From assembly GCA_027011225.1 (NCBI GenBank), contig JALVAK010000008.1, forward strand, positions 18,312-82,311: a DNA stretch of 64,000 bases, read 5' to 3'. Numbering within the stretch: position 1 is the stretch's first letter; each line of letters opens with the position of its first letter. A program made the translations under genes and the position numbers. The notes beneath the pieces were generated by a model that had not been told where the DNA came from, ran no database searches, and saw nothing but the letters and a program-made list of their open reading frames with translations. Below, piece after piece: positions 1 through 8,785 of the stretch. The stretch comes from Nautiliaceae bacterium. GTDB lineage: Bacteria > Campylobacterota > Campylobacteria > Campylobacterales > Nautiliaceae.

Positions 1-2
1 TA

Positions 3-569
3 AAAGAAATTGAAGAGTTTAAAGAAGTAGTAGCAAGTTATATAGATGCAGGAGAGGCAGAAGCTATTAATTTTGAAACAGACCTTATTGGTACAATTCC
101 TGATACTACAGAAATTGAAATTGAAGATAATGTTTATACTTTTGAGGATGTAGAATATATTAATACAAGTGTAGACGAGCTTATTTCTGAGCAGCTTGAT
201 GAGGGAAGTGTTGTTTGTTTAATTCAAGCAAATGGTGATGGATATTTTGAATATGAAGAAAATCCAGATATTAATGAATTACAAATTGGATATACTGCAT
301 GTGATGTAGATACTCCAGATGAGCCAATTTATGAGTTTTTTTGTGATTTATTATTGCCTGATTTAGTTTTAGCAAGCGGAGAAAAACTTGAAATGGTTGC
401 AAAAAATTTTTATCCAAAAGATACAATGATAGCAGAAGTTTATATAGTAAGAGTAAATGAAGAAGGAAATAAGTATTTAGAGAGAGTTTGCGAGATAGAT
501 TTACTCCATTATCATTGGGATTTATTTGAAGATTTGATTCAAGTAGATTATGATGAGCCTATTGCTTGA
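3..569 (+). CDS. Hypothetical acidic protein, 5'-truncated by the window edge
   Basis: The frame is open from nt 3 to the stop at 567-569. The ORF-track start at 354 is a TTG inside this longer frame. Protein is rich in D/E. No family recognised. Confidence 0.5.
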   Translation, partial: KEIEEFKEVVASYIDAGEAEAINFETDLIGTIPDTTEIEIEDNVYTFEDVEYINTSVDELISEQLDEGSVVCLIQANGDGYFEYEENPDINELQIGYTACDVDTPDEPIYEFFCDLLLPDLVLASGEKLEMVAKNFYPKDTMIAEVYIVRVNEEGNKYLERVCEIDLLHYHWDLFEDLIQVDYDEPIA

Positions 570-2739
570 TGCCAAATAAGGCATCAAGCATATTATTTAT
601 TGTAGTAATTACTTTTGCATTTGCTTGATATCCTCTTTGATATTTTTCTAAATTAATTAATTCTTCATCAATATTTACTCCGCTTAAAGAGTAATATTCG
701 TTTGAAATGCTTTTAAAAAGAGTTTGAGTGTATTCTTCTTTAGAAGATATCTCATTGATTTTATTAGCAAGGTTAGTAGTAGTTATTCTATAATATTCGT
801 ATAAAGTAGCATTAATTCCATCATCAAAATGTAGTTTTTTAAATTGAAGCTCTAACATTTCATTTGCCACTTCATTATTTCCTTCATTAGGTGCTTTATA
901 TGCATGAATTAAACTTGGATTTTCTCTTAATTTTTTTGCTAGATTAATATTAGAAGAATTATTTCCTTCAAAAAATTGATTTATTCCAAATACTCCTCCA
1001 AAATTTGATAAGTCGTTATCAAGACCAATGTAAGTATTTTCATCAGTTTTTTTACTAAAAATTACTCTTCCATTTAAAATATATGCTTGATAATAATCAT
1101 CTACGTCGTTATTTGGGTTATTATCACTATTATCATCAATATTTTTTGTATTAATTTGATTGATTATGCCTTGAATAGTTGAATATCTAGAGTCTGTAGA
1201 ATTAATATCTACTTTAATCTCTCTTTTTGCAATAATATCTCCATTTTCATTATATACATTTACATAAAATCCGCCATCTTGAAGTTTTAGAGGCAGTTTA
1301 TTATTGATTTGTGAAAGAGGTAAATATTCATACTCTTTTAGTGCACTAAACATTAAACTCCCATCATCTTTTACTAAAATGCTTCCTTTAGGTTTTATTT
1401 CATTATCAGAGTTTGTATCACGGGCTCTAAATTTAATTTCACCATTTTCAATTACTGCTTTTACATCAAAGCTATCATCATAAAGATAAATTTTTTCATT
1501 AATTTTATCTAATACTTTTTGAATGGAATCGCTTTTTTTTATACTAATTTCAAGAGTTGTTTTTACCTCTGCGTTATTATCTAATACATCTAGTTTTAAT
1601 ATCCCATTTCTTACGTCATGCTCTAATATTCCTTGTTTGTATAGAAGTGAAAGAGGGGTATTTATGATGTTATCAGATATAGGAATTGGTTTGAATGTTT
1701 GTATTCCAACTGCTTCTTGTTGAGCGGAATATGAATAAATAGAGTTAGTGCTTCTTATAAGATTTGCCGCTAAGTTATCAAGAGATTTTATAAGCTCTCC
1801 AATAGTTCCATTTTTAGGTGAGCCATCTTTATTAAAATCTGTTCCTCTAACTTTAAATAGTGCTCCTATTTCGGAATTTTGGATAGATGAGGTTACATTT
1901 GCTATACTAAAATCATCTTTTACTACACCAATATCTATATTCCCATTTACGTCAATTTCTTTTATTTCGTGATATGTTGCTCCATCAATTAATGGGTATC
2001 CTCCAAGCAGTATTTGATAATTTTTTGAATAATCTATAGTTACTTCGCCTTGTGAATCATAAGATTTTATTCCAGTTTTAAAAATTTTTACATCTATTAT
2101 TTCCTTTAATCTTTTCTCTAAAGCATCTCTTTTATCTCTTAATTCATTTGCATGAGATTTTCCATTTGCTTCATGAAGAGTAATTTCTTTATTTAAAGAA
2201 GCAATATTTTTAATGATGGTATTAGCTTCTTTTACTCTTGCATCAATTTCTTCATTTATACTTTCTCTAATATTTTTTAATTTATCTCTTAAAAGATGAA
2301 ATGTGTCTGCTAATTTTTGAGTTTTGTTTGCTAGGTTGACTTTTACACTTCCATCATTTGGATTGCTTGCTAAATCTGCCCATGCATTAAAAAAATCTTT
2401 TAAGTCTTTATACAGCCCTTGGTCTGTAACATCAGGAAAATATGTACCAATTTCTTGAAGATACTCTTTTTGAGTTTTTAATGAATTAAGTAAAGCAGAA
2501 GTATTTATAAATCTATTAAAAAGAAAAGTATCAGTAATTCTATTAATAGCACTTATCTCAACGCCAATACCTATATCTCCAGGTATTGCATTTATTGGTT
2601 TTAAATTGGAAAATACTACTCTCTCTCTTACATAATCAGGATTTGAGGCATTTGATATATTATTTGAAGTAACATCTATTGCTTTTTGGTGAGCTTTAAG
2701 TCCTGTTAGTGCTATATTAAGTCCTGCTGAAATTGCCAT
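559..2739 (-). CDS. flgK: Flagellar hook-associated protein 1 (FlgK)
   Basis: N-terminus MAISAGLNIALTGLKAHQKAIDVTSNNISNASNPDYVRE and C-terminus SGVNIDEELINLEKYQRGYQANAKVITT are the conserved flagellar axial-protein termini. Last gene of a flgI-J-M-N-K block, as in C. jejuni. Confidence 0.92.
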   Translation of the reverse strand: MAISAGLNIALTGLKAHQKAIDVTSNNISNASNPDYVRERVVFSNLKPINAIPGDIGIGVEISAINRITDTFLFNRFINTSALLNSLKTQKEYLQEIGTYFPDVTDQGLYKDLKDFFNAWADLASNPNDGSVKVNLANKTQKLADTFHLLRDKLKNIRESINEEIDARVKEANTIIKNIASLNKEITLHEANGKSHANELRDKRDALEKRLKEIIDVKIFKTGIKSYDSQGEVTIDYSKNYQILLGGYPLIDGATYHEIKEIDVNGNIDIGVVKDDFSIANVTSSIQNSEIGALFKVRGTDFNKDGSPKNGTIGELIKSLDNLAANLIRSTNSIYSYSAQQEAVGIQTFKPIPISDNIINTPLSLLYKQGILEHDVRNGILKLDVLDNNAEVKTTLEISIKKSDSIQKVLDKINEKIYLYDDSFDVKAVIENGEIKFRARDTNSDNEIKPKGSILVKDDGSLMFSALKEYEYLPLSQINNKLPLKLQDGGFYVNVYNENGDIIAKREIKVDINSTDSRYSTIQGIINQINTKNIDDNSDNNPNNDVDDYYQAYILNGRVIFSKKTDENTYIGLDNDLSNFGGVFGINQFFEGNNSSNINLAKKLRENPSLIHAYKAPNEGNNEVANEMLELQFKKLHFDDGINATLYEYYRITTTNLANKINEISSKEEYTQTLFKSISNEYYSLSGVNIDEELINLEKYQRGYQANAKVITTINNMLDALFGIKQ

Positions 2740-2740
2740 C

Positions 2741-3145
2741 TTATCCCTTTATAAATGGATTTTGAATATCTTTTTTGTCATATGTGATTTGTTGTTTGTT
2801 TTTGATTTTATTTAATAAAACATTATAAAAGTTAGTAACGCTTAGTGATAGTTTTGAGAAATGTTTATGTTTAGTGTAAAATTCATTTAAAAGTAGTTTA
2901 AATTTTTCAAATTCCACTTCTTCCTGAGTAGAAAAAATTTCTTCAATAGCTTTATTTCTACTTGATAAAATTGAGTCAATTTCTGTTTTTAATATTTCAA
3001 ATTCTTTTGCTAAATTTTCTTTTAATGGGATATTGGCAAAGACTTCTTCATGGTTTGCATCTTTAATATTTTTAATATCTTCGTTAGTAATTTTAATTAA
3101 AGAGTTTAAAACGTTGTTGATTTTATTTAGTTTTTCTAAAAGCAT
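2741..3145 (-). CDS. FlgN-like flagellar export chaperone (assigned by position only)
   Basis: 134-aa helical protein between flgM and flgK, the slot held by the FlgN-like gene in Campylobacter/Helicobacter. No strong motif. Confidence 0.4.
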   Translation of the reverse strand: MLLEKLNKINNVLNSLIKITNEDIKNIKDANHEEVFANIPLKENLAKEFEILKTEIDSILSSRNKAIEEIFSTQEEVEFEKFKLLLNEFYTKHKHFSKLSLSVTNFYNVLLNKIKNKQQITYDKKDIQNPFIKG

Positions 3146-3147
3146 AT

Positions 3148-3167
3148 TTCCACCTTTTTAGGTGGAA
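3148..3167 (-). promoter_or_regulatory. Hairpin containing the flgN-like gene's Shine-Dalgarno sequence
   Basis: Minus strand reads TTCCACC-TAAAAA-GGTGGAA, then ATATG. 7-bp stem whose 3' arm is the SD sequence. Confidence 0.45.
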
Positions 3168-3173
3168 GAGGAG

Positions 3174-3356
3174 TTAGCTAAGTAGATATTTTGCCATAGC
3201 TTTAGCAGTTTCTTCTATATCTACTTTGTATGTTCCGTTTTTAATTTGCTGTTTTATCTCTTCCACCCTTGATAATTTTTTATTTTCTATTTTTTTCGGT
3301 TGCTTTTGTTGGGTAGAAAGGTTTTTAATGTTTAAATTATTATTTATTTTCATCAA
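3174..3356 (-). CDS. flgM: Anti-sigma-28 factor FlgM
   Basis: 60-aa protein with FlgM-type C-terminus (RVEEIKQQIKNGTYKVDIEETAKAMAKYLL). Start is either TTG 3356 or ATG 3353. Preceded by a sigma28-like promoter. Confidence 0.7.
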   Translation of the reverse strand: MMKINNNLNIKNLSTQQKQPKKIENKKLSRVEEIKQQIKNGTYKVDIEETAKAMAKYLLS

Positions 3357-3389
3357 ATCCCTTTTTCTTTTTTGAAATTCTACCCAATA

Positions 3390-3416
3390 ATATCGGCATT
3401 TGAGAAAAAATCTAAA
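3390..3416 (-). promoter_or_regulatory. Sigma28 (FliA)-type promoter upstream of flgM
   Basis: Minus strand reads TTTAGATT-N11-GCCGATAT, against consensus TAAAGTTT-N11-GCCGATAA. The -10 element matches 7/8 and the -35 element 5/8. Confidence 0.5.
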
Positions 3417-3657
3417 CCTTATTTTTTAAAAAGTTAAATAAAAGCTCAGAATATCCAAAATTACCGCTTAAATTTTTTGATAATGTTTCTTGATACATTG
3501 ATTTATAAATCTCTTCTCCTGGGCTTTTTGGAAAAAGTTTATTTTGAGAATTTAGAGCTTCTTTTAAATAAAAATTTAATATCTCACTCTCAAACTCATC
3601 ACATACGTTTTTTAATTTTTGAAGTTTTATATTGTTATAGATAGGTGATATTTTCAT
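3412..3657 (-). CDS. flgJ: Rod-binding protein (short FlgJ, no muramidase domain)
   Basis: 81 aa, lying just downstream of flgI on the same strand. Composition fits the rod-binding domain, as in the short epsilonproteobacterial FlgJ. Confidence 0.65.
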   Translation of the reverse strand: MKISPIYNNIKLQKLKNVCDEFESEILNFYLKEALNSQNKLFPKSPGEEIYKSMYQETLSKNLSGNFGYSELLFNFLKNKV

Positions 3658-3666
3658 AACTTCTCC

Positions 3667-4656
3667 TTAATTTACTATTACTTTTGCGTTTATGCTTCGT
3701 GCTGCTCTTAAATTTTCTACTATAGCAATAATATCTTGAGGAGTTGCATTTGATTTTTTCAAATCTTCAGTCAATTCAAAAATAGAAGTTGGTTTTTTAA
3801 TTTGAATAGTAAAGTCTCCATATATAATAACTCCTGGTCTTATTATAATATCTCCTCCTGCTACAATTGTTCCTGTTCTTTCATCAATTACAATTATATT
3901 TTCATATGGTACTTGTATATTTAAATTTTCTACTTTTGCTAAAAATTCTGGCATTGATAAATTATTAGGTTTTTTTAATACTATACTTTTTGGGTCAATT
4001 GCAATTGCAACTTGTTTTTTAAAGTAATTATTTATAGTTTTTTGTACTTTTACTGCTAAATCAAAATCACTAAATTTTAATGATAAAATAGCTTGTTTTT
4101 GATGATATATATCCCATACTACTGCTCTTTCTACGGTAGCACCATTTAGTACTTTAACGGTTGTTGTAAAGTGTTTTTGTTTTTTTCCGCCTTTTAAATT
4201 AAATCCTCCCATTGTAATAGGACCTTGAGCTAATGCATATATTCTGCCATCTACACCTTTTAAAGGTGTTATAAGAAGCACTCCTCCTTGCAAAGATTTT
4301 GCATCGCCAATGGAAGATACTGTTATATCAAGTTTATCTCCTTCTCTTGCAAATGGAGGAAGAGTAGCAGTTACCATTACTGCGGCTACGTTTTTTGATT
4401 TTATATCTTTTGGGTCTACTTTTACGTTTACGTTTTTTAGTAAGTTAGATAGAGTTTGGTTTGTAAATTTTGCAGAGGAATCTCCTGTGCCATCAAGCCC
4501 TACTACTAGACCATATCCAATAAGTTTGTTATCTCTAACACCTATTATGTTTGCTATATCTTTTATTTTTTGTGCAAAAAGATTTGTAGAAATAAAAACA
4601 TATAACATACTAAAAAAAAGTATTGTTAAAGTTTTTTCAAACTTATCAAGTTTCAT
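3667..4656 (-). CDS. flgI: Flagellar P-ring protein FlgI
   Basis: Signal peptide followed by IKDIANIIGVRDNKLIGYGLVVGLDGTGD, the hallmark FlgI N-terminus. 329 aa. Confidence 0.95.
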   Translation of the reverse strand: MKLDKFEKTLTILFFSMLYVFISTNLFAQKIKDIANIIGVRDNKLIGYGLVVGLDGTGDSSAKFTNQTLSNLLKNVNVKVDPKDIKSKNVAAVMVTATLPPFAREGDKLDITVSSIGDAKSLQGGVLLITPLKGVDGRIYALAQGPITMGGFNLKGGKKQKHFTTTVKVLNGATVERAVVWDIYHQKQAILSLKFSDFDLAVKVQKTINNYFKKQVAIAIDPKSIVLKKPNNLSMPEFLAKVENLNIQVPYENIIVIDERTGTIVAGGDIIIRPGVIIYGDFTIQIKKPTSIFELTEDLKKSNATPQDIIAIVENLRAARSINAKVIVN

Positions 4657-4660
4657 TTAT

Positions 4661-4677
4661 AGCCTTTTTAAAAGGCT
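4661..4677. repeat. Palindrome AGCCTTTT-N1-AAAAGGCT overlapping the predicted flgI transcription start
   Basis: Perfect 8-bp arms. Part of a 27-nt block identical to 14578-14604. Confidence 0.8.
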
Positions 4678-4679
4678 TA

Positions 4680-4697
4680 AGCAATATGTGTTCCAAA
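4680..4697 (-). promoter_or_regulatory. Sigma54 (RpoN) -24/-12 promoter of the flgI operon
   Basis: Minus strand reads TTGGAACACATATTGCTT (GG-N10-GC). GG = complement of 4693-4694, GC = complement of 4681-4682. 24 nt before the flgI ATG. Confidence 0.75.
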
Positions 4698-4717
4698 AAA
4701 AGAGTAAAAGAGGAGAA

Positions 4718-5983
4718 TTAAGGAATATATCTTACAATTAGTTTTCCATCTTTTTCATAAAAATCATATACATTTTTTTCAGTTTTTAGCTCTTCAATAA
4801 AATCTTTATCAAATTTATCATACTCTACAATTTTAAATTTTTTAATTTCTTTCATTTTTACTAATGCAATTATCCAAATAATGCCCATAATAATCGCTAA
4901 GATTAAAAATTCTTTTAACATTCCTTTATTTAGAAAATATCCAGCTACTGCACCACCTAAGAAAATTCCCAAATATTGAATTGTATTTGAAGTAGATAGA
5001 GCAGTTGCTTTTTGATGAGCGTATGCTACTTTACTAACAAAACTCTGAAGAACTGGCTCTAATAAATTAAATCCAAAGAAAAATACAAGTACTGCTAAAA
5101 ATGCGCTAACTTTTGTACCTATTAAGAATAAAACTAAAGATAAAGTAATAGTTATTGCGCTTAATATAAAAACTAATTTTCCTTTTCCTTTTTTCTCTCC
5201 TAAAATAGCTCCAAGTGGAAGAGCAAAAAAACCAACTATTAATGCAGGAATATATACTTTCCAAAGCTCAGTTTTATCCCATCCAAATTTTGTAGTAAAA
5301 ATTATTGGCACTAGTAAGAAAAATACAGTCATAAGACCTTTTTGCATAAATCCAGAATAATATAATTTAAGCAATTCTTTATGAAATAAAATATCTTTTA
5401 GAGAAGATTTTTGCATATGATGTACTATTTTTGGAGCAGGCGGTACTTTTTTGATTACTATCCAAATAGAGATAATTGCTAAAATAGCAGTTAGTAAAAA
5501 TAATTTATCAACTCCCCATGTTGTACCAATAGTTGGACCTAAAATCATAGAAATTGCAAAAGCAAGAGCAATAAATTGCCCCATTTTAGCAAAAGCCTGC
5601 GCTCTTGTTTTTTCATCTGTTAAATCTGCAATATATGCCATAATTACTCCGCCAATAGCTCCAGCGCCTTGAAGTAATCTTCCAAAGATTAGAGTATAAA
5701 TATTATCTGCAAATGCACACACTAAACTACCAAGAGCAAGTAAAAGTAATCCTATTACTAAAATTAATTTTTTGTCATATTTATCTGCTAATTTTCCAAA
5801 TGGGATTTGTAAGAATATTTGTGAGAGAGCATATGCTCCAAGCGCTATACCTACGCTAAATTCATTCGCACCTTCTAAATGCATTGCATAAAGTGCAAGT
5901 ACAGGCATTACTATAAATAAACCTAAAAAGCGTAATGCCATAATGAGTGAAAGATAAATCATGCTACTCCTTTTTTTGCGCAA
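4718..5983 (-). CDS. MFS transporter
   Basis: About 12 hydrophobic segments. MFS loop motif GKLADKYDKK between TM2 and TM3. About 45-aa cytoplasmic C-terminal tail. Confidence 0.8.
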   Translation of the reverse strand: MRKKRSSMIYLSLIMALRFLGLFIVMPVLALYAMHLEGANEFSVGIALGAYALSQIFLQIPFGKLADKYDKKLILVIGLLLLALGSLVCAFADNIYTLIFGRLLQGAGAIGGVIMAYIADLTDEKTRAQAFAKMGQFIALAFAISMILGPTIGTTWGVDKLFLLTAILAIISIWIVIKKVPPAPKIVHHMQKSSLKDILFHKELLKLYYSGFMQKGLMTVFFLLVPIIFTTKFGWDKTELWKVYIPALIVGFFALPLGAILGEKKGKGKLVFILSAITITLSLVLFLIGTKVSAFLAVLVFFFGFNLLEPVLQSFVSKVAYAHQKATALSTSNTIQYLGIFLGGAVAGYFLNKGMLKEFLILAIIMGIIWIIALVKMKEIKKFKIVEYDKFDKDFIEELKTEKNVYDFYEKDGKLIVRYIP

Positions 5984-6757
5984 TTATAGCTTAATTTTGT
6001 GTTTTTGTTTGTTTTTAAAATACACAGCATTATTTACGCCCATATTTTTTAGTTTTTCTATTGTTTCATTTAGCATAAAACCAACTTGAGAGGGTGAGTG
6101 AGCATCGCTTGAGAGAGTTATATCAATTCCTTCGTTTAAAATCATCTCAAGTAATTCATCACTTGGATAAGTCTCTTTTACAGGTTTTCTAAGACCAGAT
6201 GTATTAATTTCAATTGCCATATTTGATTTTTTAATGGCTTTTATAGCATTTTTTGCTAAATCTTTTATATTAGTTTTTGGTTTATGTCCAAATACTTTTA
6301 CTAAATCAATATGTCCTACTATATTAAAAAGACGTGAATTTGCCATCTCTTCAATTTTACTAAAGTATTCTTTATATACATCATCTACATCGCGTCTATC
6401 CCACTCTTTTATAAATTCAGGGTTGTCAAATCCCCAGTTATCGAGAAAATGCACGCTTCCGATTAAATAATCTACATCTCTTTGTAAAACTCTTTTATCT
6501 ACAAACGGAGTAAAATCAACTTCATATCCAAGAAGTATTTCAATTTTGTCTTTATATTTTTCTTTTAGTTTGTTTATCTCATTTTCATAACTATCCATAT
6601 CTTCAAAACTCATTCTATACTCATAATCAAACTCCATTGGTGCATGGTCTGCAAAGCCATATATTTTTATGTTTTTTTCTAAAGCTTTTTGTATAAATTC
6701 TTCTGGGTTACCGCTTGCGTGATTGCAAAGAGGGGTGTGATTGTGTAAATCAATCAT
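5984..6757 (-). CDS. PHP-family phosphatase (histidinol-phosphatase HisJ-like)
   Basis: N-terminal DLHNHTPLCNHA and C-terminal SSDAHSP metal-binding motifs typical of PHP/HisJ phosphoesterases. Confidence 0.75.
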   Translation of the reverse strand: MIDLHNHTPLCNHASGNPEEFIQKALEKNIKIYGFADHAPMEFDYEYRMSFEDMDSYENEINKLKEKYKDKIEILLGYEVDFTPFVDKRVLQRDVDYLIGSVHFLDNWGFDNPEFIKEWDRRDVDDVYKEYFSKIEEMANSRLFNIVGHIDLVKVFGHKPKTNIKDLAKNAIKAIKKSNMAIEINTSGLRKPVKETYPSDELLEMILNEGIDITLSSDAHSPSQVGFMLNETIEKLKNMGVNNAVYFKNKQKHKIKL

Positions 6758-6811
6758 CTTTTGCCTTTTTGATTGAAATTATATATAATAAATCAAAAAA
6801 AGAGGTGGCCT

Positions 6812-7495
6812 ATGAATCAAGAAGAGTTGGATGCATTAATAGGCGAAGATTTTGATGAAATAGAAGAGTTAGATGGTAAAGATGATATAGAAGATGAAGC
6901 AGTTAGCGAAATAGATGATAGTTTCTCAGATGTTTTAGAAGATACAAATGAAGAAGAAAAAATAGTTCCTCCTCCAGCTGATAATAAAAACAAAGTAGTA
7001 GCACAGCTTGATGAAGTGACAAAAGAGAGTGAGGAAAAAGCTACTCAAATTCTTGATATAATGGATGAAATTTCAGCTAATACTGAAAAAAATCTTGAAT
7101 CTTTAAAAGAAGTTTTAGAGTTTTTAAATAAACACAAAACACTTTGTGAGAAACTTCATAATAAATTCCCTCATATAAAAACTTTTGAAAAAGAATTAAA
7201 TGAAATCAATGCTATGATTGAAAAAATTCAACAAGCAATAGAAATTAATGAGGCCACTTCTGATAAAATTTTTATGGCAATGGATATTATGCAATATCAA
7301 GATATCCATAGACAAAAGATTGAAAGAGTTATTAATATTATGAGAGCACTTATTAAATATATGAATAAATTGTTTGAAGGAAATATTGAAGATGAAAAAA
7401 GAGTTCAAAGTGCAAAACATATTCATGGAGATGAATCAAATGAAGTGCTTAGCGATGAAGATATTGAAGCATTACTTAATAAATTTGGAGTATAG
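6812..7495 (+). CDS. cheZ: CheZ-like chemotaxis phosphatase (remote epsilonproteobacterial type)
   Basis: Acidic N-terminus and helical body. Contains MQYQDIHRQKIE, resembling the CheZ catalytic D-x3-Q helix (E. coli QDFQDLTGQ). Sits upstream of U32 peptidase and purE like Cj0700. Start moved to ATG 6812, behind RBS AAAGAGGTGG. Confidence 0.5.
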   Translation: MNQEELDALIGEDFDEIEELDGKDDIEDEAVSEIDDSFSDVLEDTNEEEKIVPPPADNKNKVVAQLDEVTKESEEKATQILDIMDEISANTEKNLESLKEVLEFLNKHKTLCEKLHNKFPHIKTFEKELNEINAMIEKIQQAIEINEATSDKIFMAMDIMQYQDIHRQKIERVINIMRALIKYMNKLFEGNIEDEKRVQSAKHIHGDESNEVLSDEDIEALLNKFGV

Positions 7496-8776
7496 ATGAA
7501 AAAAGTAGAATTATTAAGCCCAGCGGGTGATTTTGAAAAACTAAAAATAGCAATAGAGTACGGGGCAGATGCTGTATATGCAGGAGTGAGTCACTTTTCA
7601 CTTAGATGCCATAGTGGGAAAGAATTTGATTATGAAACTTTTGCTGAAGCAGTAGAATATGCTCATAAAAGAGGGGTAAAAGTTTATGCAACAGTAAATT
7701 CTTTTCCTTTTGAATCTCAATTGCCACTAGTTGAAAATCATATTAAAAAACTAAAAGAAATTGGTGTTGATGCAATGATTATTTCTACTCTTGGTGTAAT
7801 AATGAAAGCAAAAGAGATTGCACCAGAGATTGATATACACCTCTCTACTCAAGCAAACGCACTTAATTCTTGGGATTACAAAGCATACAAAGATTTAGGA
7901 GTTAAAAGAATAATAGCAGCACGCGAGACTACTTTAAAAGATTTAATAAAAATAAAAGAAAAAGTTCCAGATATTGAAATTGAAATTTTTGTTCATGGAG
8001 CTATGTGCTTTGCATATAGTGGGAGATGTTTACTTAGCGCAGTTCAGTTTGGTAGAAATCCAAATAAGGGTAGTTGTGCTAATGATTGTAGATATCCATA
8101 TACTCTTTATGCTGAAAATCCAGAAACTGGGACATTATTTAAGCTAGAAGAATACAAAGATGGTACTTATATAATGAATGCAAAAGATTTGTGTTTAATT
8201 AATCATATTCCTGAGATTTTAAGTGCAGGTGTTGTTGATAGCTTAAAAATTGAAGGTAGAACAAAATCACCATATTATGTAGGAGTGGTTACTAAAGCAT
8301 ATAGAGAAGCTATTGATGAGTGGTATAAAAGTGGTAAGTGTGATTGTGAAAAATATTATAAAGAGATTTTAACTACTAAAAATAGAGGCTTAACAGATGC
8401 TTATCTTGTAAAAAGACCATATGAAAGGCATGATACTCAAAATCTTGAAACTTCTTTAACTTATGGAGAGTGGCAGGTTGCTGGAATTGTAAATGAAGAT
8501 GAAGAGAGTTTTATGTGTAAATATAAAATTTTTCCAGGAGATGAGTTAGAAATTTTAGCTCCAAATGATAATTTAAGAGAATGTGAAAATAAAATAGGTA
8601 AAATTTATAAAAAAGATGGGAAATGGTATCTAAGACTTGATAAAATTTTAACTTTAAATGGGAAAGAATTAAATTCAGTGCATAGCGGTAATCAAAATCC
8701 AATAAAACTTCCATGTAAGTTGCCATATTTAACTTTTTTAAGAAAAAAAGTGGAGTTTAGCCCTAATGGAGTATAA
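7496..8776 (+). CDS. Peptidase U32 family protein
   Basis: N-terminal ELLSPAGDFEKLKIAIEYGADAVY, FVHGAMCFAYSGRCLLS and SLKIEGR are characteristic U32 motifs. Confidence 0.85.
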   Translation: MKKVELLSPAGDFEKLKIAIEYGADAVYAGVSHFSLRCHSGKEFDYETFAEAVEYAHKRGVKVYATVNSFPFESQLPLVENHIKKLKEIGVDAMIISTLGVIMKAKEIAPEIDIHLSTQANALNSWDYKAYKDLGVKRIIAARETTLKDLIKIKEKVPDIEIEIFVHGAMCFAYSGRCLLSAVQFGRNPNKGSCANDCRYPYTLYAENPETGTLFKLEEYKDGTYIMNAKDLCLINHIPEILSAGVVDSLKIEGRTKSPYYVGVVTKAYREAIDEWYKSGKCDCEKYYKEILTTKNRGLTDAYLVKRPYERHDTQNLETSLTYGEWQVAGIVNEDEESFMCKYKIFPGDELEILAPNDNLRECENKIGKIYKKDGKWYLRLDKILTLNGKELNSVHSGNQNPIKLPCKLPYLTFLRKKVEFSPNGV

Positions 8777-8785
8777 GGAGAGAAA

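Noticed and set aside
354-569. 71-aa ORF treated as an independent small gene
   Set aside because: Its start is an internal TTG of a frame that is open from nt 3, so it is annotated as the 3' part of a gene truncated by the window.
1523-1972. ORFs 1523-1723 and 1748-1972 (+) inside flgK
   Set aside because: They lie wholly antisense to a well-supported flgK frame, have low-complexity S/F/L-rich translations typical of the reverse strand of AT-rich genes, and lack an RBS.
4310-4741. 143-aa ORF (+) spanning the flgI 5' region and the sigma54 promoter
   Set aside because: It is antisense to flgI and to the promoter/palindrome region, with biased composition and no support. The same reasoning rejects 5451-5672, 6234-6470, 7196-7426, 8511-8726, 11206-11424, 11446-11631, 12561-12869, 15058-15243, 16029-16382 and 18602-18862.
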